Shown: positions 1 to 10,047 of the stretch, in pieces
Position numbering within the stretch: the stretch's first letter is position 1
How the letters are laid out: each line of letters opens with the position of its first letter
Assembly (NCBI GenBank): GCA_009859145.1
Contig: VRVR01000057.1
Coordinates: 1-64,000, forward strand
Length of the DNA: 64,000 nt
DNA from: Andalucia godoyi And28
Lineage: Eukaryota > Protista > Jakobida
Direction: 5' to 3'
Notes under the pieces: generated by a model
The model's database searches: none
Told to the model about the DNA's origin: nothing
The model's input: the letters and a program-made list of their open reading frames with translations, nothing else
Made by a program: the position numbers and the translations under genes

Positions 1-2
1 CA

Positions 3-719
3 GCTCGCAGCCATGGGCACGACGCCGTTCAGGACGTTGTGGCACGGTCGGGTGCGGGATACCTGGCTGCGCTGCTGCGCGACCTGTCTGGAGACGCCGG
101 CTCCTTCACAGAGCTCGCACAGCATCTGCACATGCGGCCGCGGTCTGCCGTGCGCCTGTCCGACATCGAGCTCGTCTGCAACCTCTTTCCTGCTGACGTT
201 GGAGGATGGAAGATGCTGCCGCGCAACGAGCACTATCTCCAGTGGATCGTTCTGCGCAGCGTCCTCCAGCGCACACCTGCATTCCAGCAGTGCTTCCTCA
301 CCGCGGTGCAGGAGCAGCTGCGCGGCGAAACACACGTTCCACTGCTGCGATGGGTGCCGCGGAAGCGCGCTCAACTCCTCCGCACGTGTCTGTTCGTCGG
401 TGGGGAAGAGCAGCCGTCTGTGCAGCCGCTCACCATGGAGGAGTTCGCCGAGCTCGTGGACCGCATTGCAGAGAACCAGTGTCTGGGTGCTACCGCGACT
501 AGCGAGTTCGTCGCATTCGTCTCTGCAGTTCGCCGAACGGGGGAGGTGCCCAACGCAAAGACGCGCAAGAAAGTGTCGAACGCCGCTCTGCGTGCAAGCC
601 AGCTGTTTCGTGGCAGTTGCTTCACGGATGGGCACAGGCCGAACATCACTGCGCCTCTCCAGCTCAAGACGGAGCGGGAGCTGTGTGCGCTCTACCTCGC
701 CATGCGCGCCCCCCGATGA
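3..719 (+). CDS. Hypothetical protein, 5'-partial (frame open from the window edge)
   Basis: Frame is open from nt 3 to TGA at 717-719, with coding-like GC-rich codon usage; no recognisable domain. Confidence 0.6.
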   Translation, partial: ARSHGHDAVQDVVARSGAGYLAALLRDLSGDAGSFTELAQHLHMRPRSAVRLSDIELVCNLFPADVGGWKMLPRNEHYLQWIVLRSVLQRTPAFQQCFLTAVQEQLRGETHVPLLRWVPRKRAQLLRTCLFVGGEEQPSVQPLTMEEFAELVDRIAENQCLGATATSEFVAFVSAVRRTGEVPNAKTRKKVSNAALRASQLFRGSCFTDGHRPNITAPLQLKTERELCALYLAMRAPR

Positions 720-977
720 GTACGCATGGTACAATAAAGAACCCAATCTGGATGCATTGCTCTGTATACTCTGCATAACTCAACGGAATGCAACAGGTGA
801 CACCCTTCCTGTCTCTTCTCTGCGAGTGTGTTTAGTGTCCCGCCGGGCAAAGAAGGCTCGGAACACACGCATGGGAGGGCCCCCGTGCCACATTCCATCA
901 CTGGATGCAGCGGCGAGGACAGATTCGCTATTGAAAAATATACTGATAGAAAGCGACTGTAGTCGGGAATTAGGTAA

Positions 978-1330
978 TTAATATTTTACGAATATCTTCT
1001 GAACGGCGTCGTCCCCAAGAGAATTTCTTTTGCCAGACTGCTCGCCGTCTCCGACTCTACCAGTCCCCAGCATTACCTCAGAAAAAGTGCTGTGGACCAT
1101 TTTCCGTATTTGTAAACGCGAGCATAACGGTTCTCTAACAAAACCCCCACGCCATCGCACATTGTCATTTTGTTCGCCGTATATAGTACTACAAACCCCC
1201 ACACTTGGTTTTTGAAAAAGACGCGTTGCGCGTTTCCCCTTTTATTCAACTCTTCTGTAGTTCCATCCCAAGCAATTTCCTGATTTGGAGAAAGTGCGGT
1301 GGGAACACCTTCCACTTTGCATGTTTCGGT
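978..1330 (-). mobile_element. Possible degraded hAT-transposase C-terminal (dimerisation) fragment
   Basis: Minus-strand frame ends ...GKRNSLGDDAVQKIFVKY*, resembling the hAT tail KRNRL..+.+KL+F+K.N; an upstream piece PEFASAEMSLVMPPITWY is interrupted by a stop. Weak. Confidence 0.22.
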
Positions 1331-1563
1331 ACCACGTGATTGGCGGCATGACCAATGACATCTCCGCCGAAGCAAATTCAGGCTGATCGAACGTGGGACC
1401 GAAAGTCGCGGGTACTTTTTTTTAGAAGCTTGTTGTCCAGCAGGCCGAATCGTCGCCAACCTGGTCTGCGCAGCTTCTTGAGCTTCAGAGTTCACATCCG
1501 CCTCCGATTGTTTCGTGTTTTCTCTTGAGATGGTTAAATTACATTGACAAACGCTTGCTCAGA

Positions 1564-3174
1564 ATGTTTTTAATTCCGCGGAAACTGTATCCGCTTCTGC
1601 GGATTCTCCACAAGCCAGTGTCAGCCGTCCTTCCTAACCTGTCTTTGGGAGATGTCTTATTCTTATTTGTCTTTATTGCAGTGGAATATGCCGTTTGTGC
1701 CTCTGCCATTAAGAAGCTTGATTTTGGAAAGTCACTCGGAAGCGCAATTCAGTGGAACATGGCTTTTCTGCTGCTTCCTGTCACAAAGCGCGTTTCGCCT
1801 TTGTTGGTCATCGCGAACATTCCGTTTGAACGTGCTGTCCGCTTTCATCGCTGGATTGCCTATGTGACAATTATTATCACGTTACTTCATTTTTTCTTTC
1901 TTGTTTTCAACAATAACATGGCAGATTTCTCAAATATTGCCGGGCTTATTTCAATGTCTTCGTTTCTCGCAATGTTCCTCACTTCTCTTGCAGTAATGCG
2001 ACGCAGAGTGTATGACAGTTTTATGAAAATCCACTATGTTTTAGCCCCTACTGCATACGTCTTCGCCATCATCCATCAGGATGCCAGTGGTCTTATTCTC
2101 CGCTGCATTGCGCCTTTTCTTGTTTTCCTAGCGGATTGGATCTCGCGTTTTTTCCTGGTGGTTCGGCGAAAGGCCACTATTATCTCCACAAATCTAGTTT
2201 CTCGAGAGGGAGAACAGAGAATTGTCCAATGGGAAATCGTGGTTGAGAATGTCGGTCACGAAACTTTCAGAACACCTGGTCAGTATGTGTACCTCTACAT
2301 CCCTTCTTTGAAGTGGTCTCAAATGCATCCGTTTTCGATTGCTTATACTCGTGAATGCAACGATGAAGAGCGTCTGCATTCTGATATCTCAAATGGAGCT
2401 CGATCAACAAGGACGGTCCTTGGGTTTTTTATCCGCGACCTTGGGTCCTACACAGCCGAAATGACAAAGCTCAAGGTGGAGAACCCCGCGGAACGTCCGA
2501 GAGTCTGGGTGGATGGGCCCTTTGGATCCTGTGCATTGGACATTTCTGCATACAAGAATTTCGTGATGATTGCAGGTGGTGTTGGTATAACCTCCATACT
2601 GAACTATTGGAATGTCATCGTCCGTACTGCTTCGAGGTCGACATATACAGCCATCAAACTAACAGAGAACGCGGTTGTCGACGAAGATCAAGCGACTACT
2701 ACGACTCAGCATTCCGCTTCGCTTGCTGCATACTGGACCGTCAAAGCTTGTGACGTCTTGTTTGCAATTTCAGTTTTACGAAAGATGCAGCTACCAACAT
2801 TATACTTATCTGAAGCGTCCGACAACAAAGCCCCCAATCCTTCATTTAAGATCACGCTGCATTTTACTCGACTGGCTGGAATCCGAGACGATGAAGTGGA
2901 CGAATTACGTCGCTGCATATCTGAACTCACAAACATTGCTGTTGACGTAGTATTCGGGACCAACAGGGTGGCAATTACGGAGCTCCTTGCGCAAGCCGTT
3001 GTCGATGGCGTTGCAGCTGATTGTAAGAAGACCGCGAGATTTGCTGTGCTCGCTTGCGGTCCCGAATCGTTGATGAATCACGTCCGATCCGCATCTGCCA
3101 CGCTGTCTGGATCTGCGATCCCGCCCTTTACATCGGCCGTATTTGATGTTCATACAGAAACATTTGAGTTTTAA
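1564..3174 (+). CDS. Ferric reductase (FRE/NOX-family flavocytochrome)
   Basis: Heme His pairs RFHRWIAY...LLHFF and KIHYVL...IIH; FAD motif PGQYVYL..HPFS; VDGPFG, IAGGVGIT, ACGPESL and terminal HTETFEF. First ATG at 1564. Confidence 0.92.
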   Translation: MFLIPRKLYPLLRILHKPVSAVLPNLSLGDVLFLFVFIAVEYAVCASAIKKLDFGKSLGSAIQWNMAFLLLPVTKRVSPLLVIANIPFERAVRFHRWIAYVTIIITLLHFFFLVFNNNMADFSNIAGLISMSSFLAMFLTSLAVMRRRVYDSFMKIHYVLAPTAYVFAIIHQDASGLILRCIAPFLVFLADWISRFFLVVRRKATIISTNLVSREGEQRIVQWEIVVENVGHETFRTPGQYVYLYIPSLKWSQMHPFSIAYTRECNDEERLHSDISNGARSTRTVLGFFIRDLGSYTAEMTKLKVENPAERPRVWVDGPFGSCALDISAYKNFVMIAGGVGITSILNYWNVIVRTASRSTYTAIKLTENAVVDEDQATTTTQHSASLAAYWTVKACDVLFAISVLRKMQLPTLYLSEASDNKAPNPSFKITLHFTRLAGIRDDEVDELRRCISELTNIAVDVVFGTNRVAITELLAQAVVDGVAADCKKTARFAVLACGPESLMNHVRSASATLSGSAIPPFTSAVFDVHTETFEF

Positions 3175-3587
3175 AGGATACATGGTCCTCATTTCCAAGC
3201 ATTCATGATACGTAAATATCCTGACGCTGAAGGTTTTGACGAGCTCCCGGTGGGATAGAACCAAGATTTTCAGTCCCGGATGGCTACGTTTGCAGTAGCG
3301 GACACTGCTTTTTTTATAAAGAACAAAAAACCTCCGATCCTCGTCCACTCTTCTCGTGATTCTCTATAGTACAGAGTCCTTGTTTGACAAGTTAATGAAT
3401 GAAGTTGGGGCAGTCCGAATTTGGACCTTTGCGACCGTATGCGCACGGATCCCAGTTCTTCAGTGTGGTAAGCATATGTTAACGGTTTCACCCTGTCCGT
3501 CAAATCCTGTCGTGCGTCTACGTCCGATTTCTTCGGATTTAACCCACATGAAGAAACACGGGACGACTGGTAGGTTTTTTTTTTATT

Positions 3588-4739
3588 TCAGAGTGCAAAG
3601 GATTCCGTGTGGACATCGAATACCACCTTGGAGCTGCACTTGGGGTGGCGGTTGCAGCCAGCGTTTTTTGGAGGCGCCGAAGCTGGAGGATTGACGAGTT
3701 TTTGTGGATCTGTTGAGTGCGATGCGATCTCCATCGGTTTCAGAAGGGAGGGGGCAGTGGAAAGGATGCTTGCTCTTGCTCTGGGACTGCACCTCCGGGA
3801 ACTTGAGCATGTAGTTTCCAAGTTCGCGCACGAAGAAGCCGAGCACTACGCACTGCAATGTATCCTCTGGAGGCATCGAGGCAAGATATTTCTTAATGTC
3901 CTCGTCCACGGTCTCATCATCTCGTGTCAACTGCCGAGCATATGCGACGGAAAACGGATGCATCTGAGCCCAGGCCAGCGACGGCACATACAAATACGCA
4001 TGCTGACCGGCCTCCACAAACACGCCCTAGCCCCTTTCTACAAGGACTTCCCAATGCACTACCTTTTTGCATGTCTGGACAGATTGTCGTGCAGTGCAGC
4101 AGGATGCTCCGACGTCGAACAGTGATAAACATTCCGAGTGCTAGATCACCAAGATAGAGCACAGCCGGGGCCGCACATCGAGCAATCAAGCCACCGGCAC
4201 TCTGATGGATCATGGCAAAAATATAAGCCAGCAGTGCAAAGGACACGTGTACCCTGAAAAACAACTCGTACAGCCTGCGCCTCACGATCTCTAGTGACGT
4301 TAAAAAAATGAGCAGGAAGGACCCCATAGCGATGAGACCAGCCACATTCGAAAACTCGGCCATGTCGTTGTCGAACACCAGAAAGAAGAAGTGGAGTATC
4401 GTGGTAATGATGGCAGCGTAGGCGACCCACCGATGAAACCGAGCACCCCTTTCAAAAGGGACGTTCAGAAGAACAAGCATTGGCGAAACTCTCTTCGTAC
4501 GCGGAATCAGCAAGCCCGCCATGTTCCACTGCACGGGACATCCCATCGATCTCCCAGTTTCCGACAAGCTGTCCCCCCCGCGCAGCATTCACGATTGGAT
4601 TAATGCAAATGACAACCGCGATTACCAGAAAGAACACCAGAAAACACAAGTCCCCAATAGAATAGTTGGGGCAAAATCGACACGCAGGCCGATGCAATTC
4701 ACGGAGTACGCGGTGGATTCGCCGCGGGTTTAAGTACAT
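3588..4739 (-). pseudogene. Second ferric reductase copy, inactivated
   Basis: Co-linear with the intact copy (MYLNPRRI.., QWNMAGLLIP, RFHRW, HPFSVA, FFVRELG, VVFDVHTESFAL). Frameshifts at the C7 run (4573-4579) and T5 run (4064-4068), an in-frame TAG (4027-4029), and the NADPH-binding domain is deleted. Confidence 0.85.
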
Positions 4740-5165
4740 CTTGCTTCTGTACCAGGTGGCTGGCAAGCAAAACAATACAAAAAATACAAACTCAGGTTGG
4801 GTAGTACGTTATTAATCCGCAAGGTTATTCAATTAGGAGCGTTCTGGATTCTTTTTAGAGTCCGCCTCTCCTTCGGTTCCATTCCAGCATTGTTCAGTTC
4901 GAGAGAAGCGTCTTGCGAATCGTTGAATAATGACACCTCGTTGTCATGCATATGGAAGTATTCATAAACAGACACGGTCAATACTGGCTGACACTTGCAC
5001 GTTTTTGTTTCACAGGGATTCGTGCTGACGCACGCTCGGCCAAAATTCAGCCTCTGACACAGGCTCCGCATTTTCGACACTCTTTAACGCAGCATCCGTA
5101 GCCATCTATTCTATCATTCGTTGGTTCCACTTTATTAATTCAAATATGGGCGTGAGTGCGCTGGG

Positions 5166-5430
5166 ATGACGCATTCGCCTACGCCTACGCCGCTCGATAC
5201 AGGGTCTCCTACGTCCCACATACCTCCTAAGAGACCACGTGTCACTACGCCTACCGCCTCTTCCTCTCGTATCTCCAGGTGCATCAATCGCGCTGCAACT
5301 GAGGACACGAAAGCGCCTGCTGCTAGGGCCGTCAGAATCAAAATGCACCCTTCTCAGGAACAACGCGTCACGCTGAGAAAGTGGCTCACCGATTGATCGA
5401 GATTGGGAACGGAGCGCGGAACATTTATCT
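5166..5430 (+). mobile_element. TnpB/Fanzor2-like N-terminal relic (HTH_OrfB_IS605-type)
   Basis: RAVRIKMHPSQEQRVTLRKW matches K+RLYPT.EQ+..L..W; after a short insertion/stop comes LGTERGTF (cf. FGTARWTYN). The rest of the ORF is absent. Confidence 0.6.
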
Positions 5431-5700
5431 GAAGAATGCCGTGAGGCGTGTTGGGGCCTGTCCCCTTCCCGGCAACGGGATGCAAGATTGAATATGCATG
5501 TCCATTCGCAGAAATGCATGTTCAGGGTATAATGTAGGCAGTCCATCGTCTGTAGAACACATAAATTTGTTCACTGGTGGTTTCTCCCGCTTTTGTATGC
5601 CATAATCCTCGAAATCGTTTCGCATATTTCTTTTTGATATGGTTTTGCTGAGCTAGGACATAGGAGGATCTGCGTGGCAGGAAGCGTTTCAGTTGCGAGG

Positions 5701-7353
5701 ATGGTTTCTACATACTCCATGCGTTTGAATCAATACCTGTATCGAGTTCAGAATCTGCCTGTGGCGTTGAGGGTTGCGTTGCTTCTGGTGATTGCCCTCG
5801 TTTTCTACCGGCTTGTGGTGCCTTCATCGCAACCCGTGGTTGGTCGCCGCACAGGTGCAGATGCGGTTGTTCCGCCACCACTCTACCCGCCGGATTGGGT
5901 TTCCGAAATGCCAGATGCCGATCTGCTCATAGACCTGTTCAACAAGCTCAGGCTGAAGGCAGATTCCAACGGCGCAGTCGTGATGCTCTATGTGAATTAC
6001 GCGTTTATTGTCCAGAAGTATGTGGAGAACTTCTTTCATTTTTCAAGGAAATCCAAGCTGTCCAATATTGTATGCGTTGCAATGGACCCACTCACCGTTC
6101 AGTATCTTGAGGTCCGTGAGTTCTGTGGGATTGTCGATGCGTCGGTGTGGAAGCGAGATGCGTTTCTGCCTTCGGATGAATACCGACGGGTCAACGCCGT
6201 CAAGGCGGTCCTCGGGCTGTATGCAATCGAGTTTGGATTCAGCATTCTGTTTTCGGGCGCCGATGTTCTGTACGCAAAGAACCCATTTCACTACTTTTTG
6301 AATGACTCGGACGTCGAGCAGCAGTTCCAGTACTTTGGACCGGAGAGTGCGGTTGTCGGGTTCCAGCACCTCGATCATCTGAACAACGACTTTTTCTTCG
6401 TTCGCTCCAACAAGAAGACGAAGCTGATTATGAAGCACTTCCACGATGCGACAATGTCGGATTTGCTCGTCAATGACCAGGATCTGTGGAATGGACTGGT
6501 GAGAAAGTACAATCACTGTTTCCAAAGACGAAGAACTTTGGAGGATGCCGACGAGGTTAGCTGCTACATGCTCAACGGACCAATCTACGAGACCACTTTC
6601 AACGTGCGGTGCATCAGCTATTGCATTGCTCCATTCTCAGATGCGTATACTCACAGGGAATGTCGGGAACCTGCTGCAATTCACTACACGGGAAACGATA
6701 AGTTTTGGAGAATGCGAGAATCGGGTATGTGGCTTTACGAAATGGACACATACTTGTACGGTCCTTGGATCCGACTGGACTTTTCCAAACTCAGCTCGAG
6801 CCTGCCGCTCGATGCCTATCGCAGCTTGTTGATTGCATTTTCGCACTTTACCGCCAAGATTCCTGGGATGAAACTTGTCATGCCTCTCATTCCGTGCAAG
6901 CTCCATCCCGAGTACAAGGTATGGCTACACCGCGAGGAGTGCTCCATCGACTTTTTCTTTCGCACCGACGTAATGATGGAGCTCTCCTTCATTCGCCCGC
7001 AGCAGCATACATACATGAACCCGTTGCTTATGCATGCCGACCGCCACGAAGTTACCTGTGCCGATTTTGATCTCGCGACACTTCGATGCAAGGTGCAGAC
7101 GTCGACGGCCTCCGACTTTACGCCGTCGTTAGCACGAGACATGGGCCCTGACCTTGCGCTGATTGCAAAGACACGTGGAAACAATGATAGGACGCATTTC
7201 GTAATCGACGTTGTGTTAACCGGCGGCGTTCAAAATGCATTGCCCTCAAATCCAGAGATTGCTGCTGTGCAACAAAAAGTTGGGCCGTCATTTTGTTTTC
7301 TCGAGCACAACTGGGATAACTGGGTCAAAGCAGGATATACTATGTTTAGTTAG
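5701..7353 (+). CDS. Nucleotide-diphospho-sugar transferase (GT77-like), type II membrane glycosyltransferase
   Basis: N-terminal TM (LRVALLLVIALVFY), Pro-rich stem, VVMLYVNYAF, NIVCVAMDP, ILFSGADVLYAKNPF, LNNDFFFVRSN, NDQDLWN. Confidence 0.75.
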   Translation: MVSTYSMRLNQYLYRVQNLPVALRVALLLVIALVFYRLVVPSSQPVVGRRTGADAVVPPPLYPPDWVSEMPDADLLIDLFNKLRLKADSNGAVVMLYVNYAFIVQKYVENFFHFSRKSKLSNIVCVAMDPLTVQYLEVREFCGIVDASVWKRDAFLPSDEYRRVNAVKAVLGLYAIEFGFSILFSGADVLYAKNPFHYFLNDSDVEQQFQYFGPESAVVGFQHLDHLNNDFFFVRSNKKTKLIMKHFHDATMSDLLVNDQDLWNGLVRKYNHCFQRRRTLEDADEVSCYMLNGPIYETTFNVRCISYCIAPFSDAYTHRECREPAAIHYTGNDKFWRMRESGMWLYEMDTYLYGPWIRLDFSKLSSSLPLDAYRSLLIAFSHFTAKIPGMKLVMPLIPCKLHPEYKVWLHREECSIDFFFRTDVMMELSFIRPQQHTYMNPLLMHADRHEVTCADFDLATLRCKVQTSTASDFTPSLARDMGPDLALIAKTRGNNDRTHFVIDVVLTGGVQNALPSNPEIAAVQQKVGPSFCFLEHNWDNWVKAGYTMFS

Positions 7354-7667
7354 ATAAACCGTGCCTCACCTCGGCGTCGTCAATGTCTTTGCAAGTTGCG
7401 GGTACTGCTGCCGTCTGTGTAACCTTCGTTACACAAGCATCTCTTCTTCTTGTTCAGCGCAGGAGCTTGCCGGCAGCGTGTCGACTATATTTGTGCTGAT
7501 ATCCCCTGGCTCTTCCAGCAGTACGACCCATCGTTGCTTTTGTGAGGTATCAACAGATTGGGGGGTGGGGGGGCGGTGATGAAGACGCAACATTTCGTGT
7601 TCGTTACGGTATTCGGTTTTACGTAAACGACTTGTTTTAACCACGACCAATCGGCCTCGGTTTCCTT

Positions 7668-7671
<4 letters not shown>

Positions 7672-7744
<73 letters not shown>
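7672..7744. repeat. Interrupted (CT)n microsatellite
   Basis: Directly visible. Confidence 0.95.
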
Positions 7745-7747
<3 letters not shown>

Positions 7748-8110
7748 TCTTCCGTTCCACTTTTTTCAGCAATCATGCACGTCAACTACAGCGGTGTCCA
7801 AACCATCTGCAGTATCAAGCCTTGCATCAATCCGGATCTAAAAAAGACCGGAAAAGAAAAAAGCCTCGATTTCGCCAGCGAGCCGACAGCCCCGTCAGCA
7901 GCTTGCGGCCCAGAGAAATGACTGACCAGGTTGCATGCGCGTTCTTGGGTCTGGACCATCATCGCAGGCGTCATACCTGCTTTTCTTTGTTGCTCTCGTA
8001 TTTGGTTTGCTGTGGCTTCTGGTTTCTAGTTTCGCTTAATCTGCTTCTCCGACGCCCATCAGGACTGATTCGTTTTTTTTCTTTTTCTTTTTTTTTTTTT
8101 TCTGACTCTC

Positions 8111-9568
8111 ATGTCTGACAGCAACTATGCCTTTGTTCCATCCAATATTTGCGGACTTGGGGTATGGCGCCGCAAAATTCATCGGGACTCTAGAGGTATG
8201 GTGAACGAGTTTTATCGGCAGTCTGTGATCGGCACTTCGACTGGTGATGTTTTTCCGTGTGTGCAAATCACGCATTCTGTTTCACAAAAAGGTGTTTTGC
8301 GTGGATTTCATTGCTCACCGTACTGGAAGGTGATTGTGTGCGCTGCCGGATCCATTCAGGACGTGTGCATTGACTTTCGTCCCGACTCTCCTTCGTATCT
8401 TCAAGTCTGGAGTGGTGTTTTCAAGGGTGCGGATGGCGACAGATTCATTGTGCCTCCTGGAATCGGCCATGGATTCTTGGCGCTCGAAGACAAGTCGGAA
8501 GTTGTCTACATGCAGAGTGGGGAGTATTCTGCGGAGGGCGACATTGAAATCAGCGTGTTTGATCCGTTGGCGATCGACCAGTGGAACTATTGCGCGGCCG
8601 GACTATCGTCCATTCGCCATGCAATAATTTCGCCAAAGGATCTGAATAACCCAATGTTTGAGCAGGTTGCACCGAGGCTGAAGAATTGGGTACTGCATGT
8701 TCCTCGTCTCGTCGACTGCGTGTTAATTGGATCGAAAGGTTACATTGGATCTGTGTTCTTGGATCATTTGAAAGAGTCAAACTTGTCTGTTCTCATTTAC
8801 GACGAGCGACTCGAACATCGATCGGAAATTCAGCGCATGCTGGATTCATGCAAGCCAAAGTACGTTGTGTGTTGCGCTGGAATTGCTGGTAAGCCCAACA
8901 TTGACTGGTGCTTAACACACGTTCCAGAAACTGTGGATTCTAATGTGGTTTGCCAGGTTGCATTGGCCGAAGACTGTAGAAGGAGAAATATTCATTGCAC
9001 GCTGATCTTGACTGGTGCCTTGTACGATTCTCGAGTGCTGGATAAGGTGTATTGCGAAGACGACATGCCAAACTGCCCTGATCATGTTTACTATAAGCTG
9101 CGCACAATCGAAGAGGAATTGCTTCGGCTTGGTGGTCACGATAAGCACCTTCTTGGTCTTCGAACCTTGTATCCGATCACCGGAGATTTGCATGAGCGTT
9201 CATTGACCACCAAGCTTACCAAATTTTCCAAAATCATGAGGACCACCACGTCCGTCACTGTGCTCGACGAGCTTGTCCCGGCCGCAATTCAGATGATGAT
9301 GCGTAATGTGACAGGAATATTCAATTTTGTCAATCCAGGAGCAATTTCGTTCGATGAAATCATGGAAATGTACAAAGAAATTGTCGAGCCCAATGCAACG
9401 TGGGTTTCGGTGGATCCTACTCCGGAGCAAAAAAGGGCCAGCTGTGTTCTGGATACTGTGAAGCTCATGGCTTCATTTGAAGGTGCATCTCATGTCGTCC
9501 ACGACACCAAAACTGCAGTTCGCTCTGCTTTACTTCGAATCCGCAGTCTCAAGAACAAGCAAACGTAG
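8111..9568 (+). CDS. rmlC/UER1: Fusion: RmlC-type NDP-4-keto-6-deoxyglucose 3,5-epimerase + NRS/ER (UER1)-type 4-reductase (NDP-L-rhamnose synthesis)
   Basis: N-terminal RmlC motifs HRDSRG, SVSQKGVLRGFH, DFRPDSPSY, VPPGIGHGFLALED, VVY. C-terminal NRS/ER motifs IGSKGYIG, RLEHR, KPKYVVCCAGIAGKPNIDWC, SVTVLDEL, GIFNFVNPGAIS. Confidence 0.9.
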   Translation: MSDSNYAFVPSNICGLGVWRRKIHRDSRGMVNEFYRQSVIGTSTGDVFPCVQITHSVSQKGVLRGFHCSPYWKVIVCAAGSIQDVCIDFRPDSPSYLQVWSGVFKGADGDRFIVPPGIGHGFLALEDKSEVVYMQSGEYSAEGDIEISVFDPLAIDQWNYCAAGLSSIRHAIISPKDLNNPMFEQVAPRLKNWVLHVPRLVDCVLIGSKGYIGSVFLDHLKESNLSVLIYDERLEHRSEIQRMLDSCKPKYVVCCAGIAGKPNIDWCLTHVPETVDSNVVCQVALAEDCRRRNIHCTLILTGALYDSRVLDKVYCEDDMPNCPDHVYYKLRTIEEELLRLGGHDKHLLGLRTLYPITGDLHERSLTTKLTKFSKIMRTTTSVTVLDELVPAAIQMMMRNVTGIFNFVNPGAISFDEIMEMYKEIVEPNATWVSVDPTPEQKRASCVLDTVKLMASFEGASHVVHDTKTAVRSALLRIRSLKNKQT

Positions 9569-10047
9569 TACTGTTGACTGTTTCTCATGTCTTATATATT
9601 TTTTTAATTTATTTTATTAATTTAATAATTCTTTTTTCTTTTATTTTTTGCTGTTGATGATGATCATGATGATGCGTTGTCTTCTCCAGCAACAGGGGAA
9701 GACAAGAAAAGGCATGACCGTGCGAAATAAGACCACTATCATCCCAGAATCGTCAGACATCAAAAAATGTGGACATCACAAACAAGTGGAAAGCTCTTGT
9801 TTTAAAGAAGCGTGAAACGAGCTTCTCCAAAGCAACCTTGCGGGAAGAATAATACGCTGCATCAACTGCAGGCCTTGTGTCAATCCGAGGTCCGGGGACG
9901 AGAGAATGGGTCATGTCCAGTCATTGTCTGTCACTTTTTTGGTCCGACACACTTTTGATCTTGTTGGTTGATTGACTTTACAGGGGTCGATTTGTCAACG
10001 CGATTTCAGTGGAGCTTTCCATTCACGATCTCTCAATCTCCAAGATC

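Noticed and set aside
13-981. 322-aa ORF and many other overlapping or antisense ORFs in the track (e.g. 23639-24637, 31154-32458, 42207-43280, 47437-48507, 54407-55552)
   Set aside because: Shadow frames of real genes caused by GC-rich codon usage; no motifs of their own.
3588-4739. Tiny introns or stop-codon reassignment as an explanation for the broken ferric reductase
   Set aside because: Shifts fall in homopolymers with no extra sequence relative to the paralogue; TAA, TAG and TGA all end intact genes; a whole domain is also deleted.
4829-5080. 83-aa minus-strand ORF next to the TnpB-like relic
   Set aside because: No recognisable transposase or nuclease motif.
5425-5625. Minus-strand peptide KPPVNKF...YPEHAFL as a Fanzor2 REC fragment
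   Set aside because: Opposite strand to the HTH piece, and the similarity is too vague.
7429-7785. ERERER-rich ORFs (also at 33110 and 41579)
   Set aside because: Artefacts of (GA/CT)n microsatellites.
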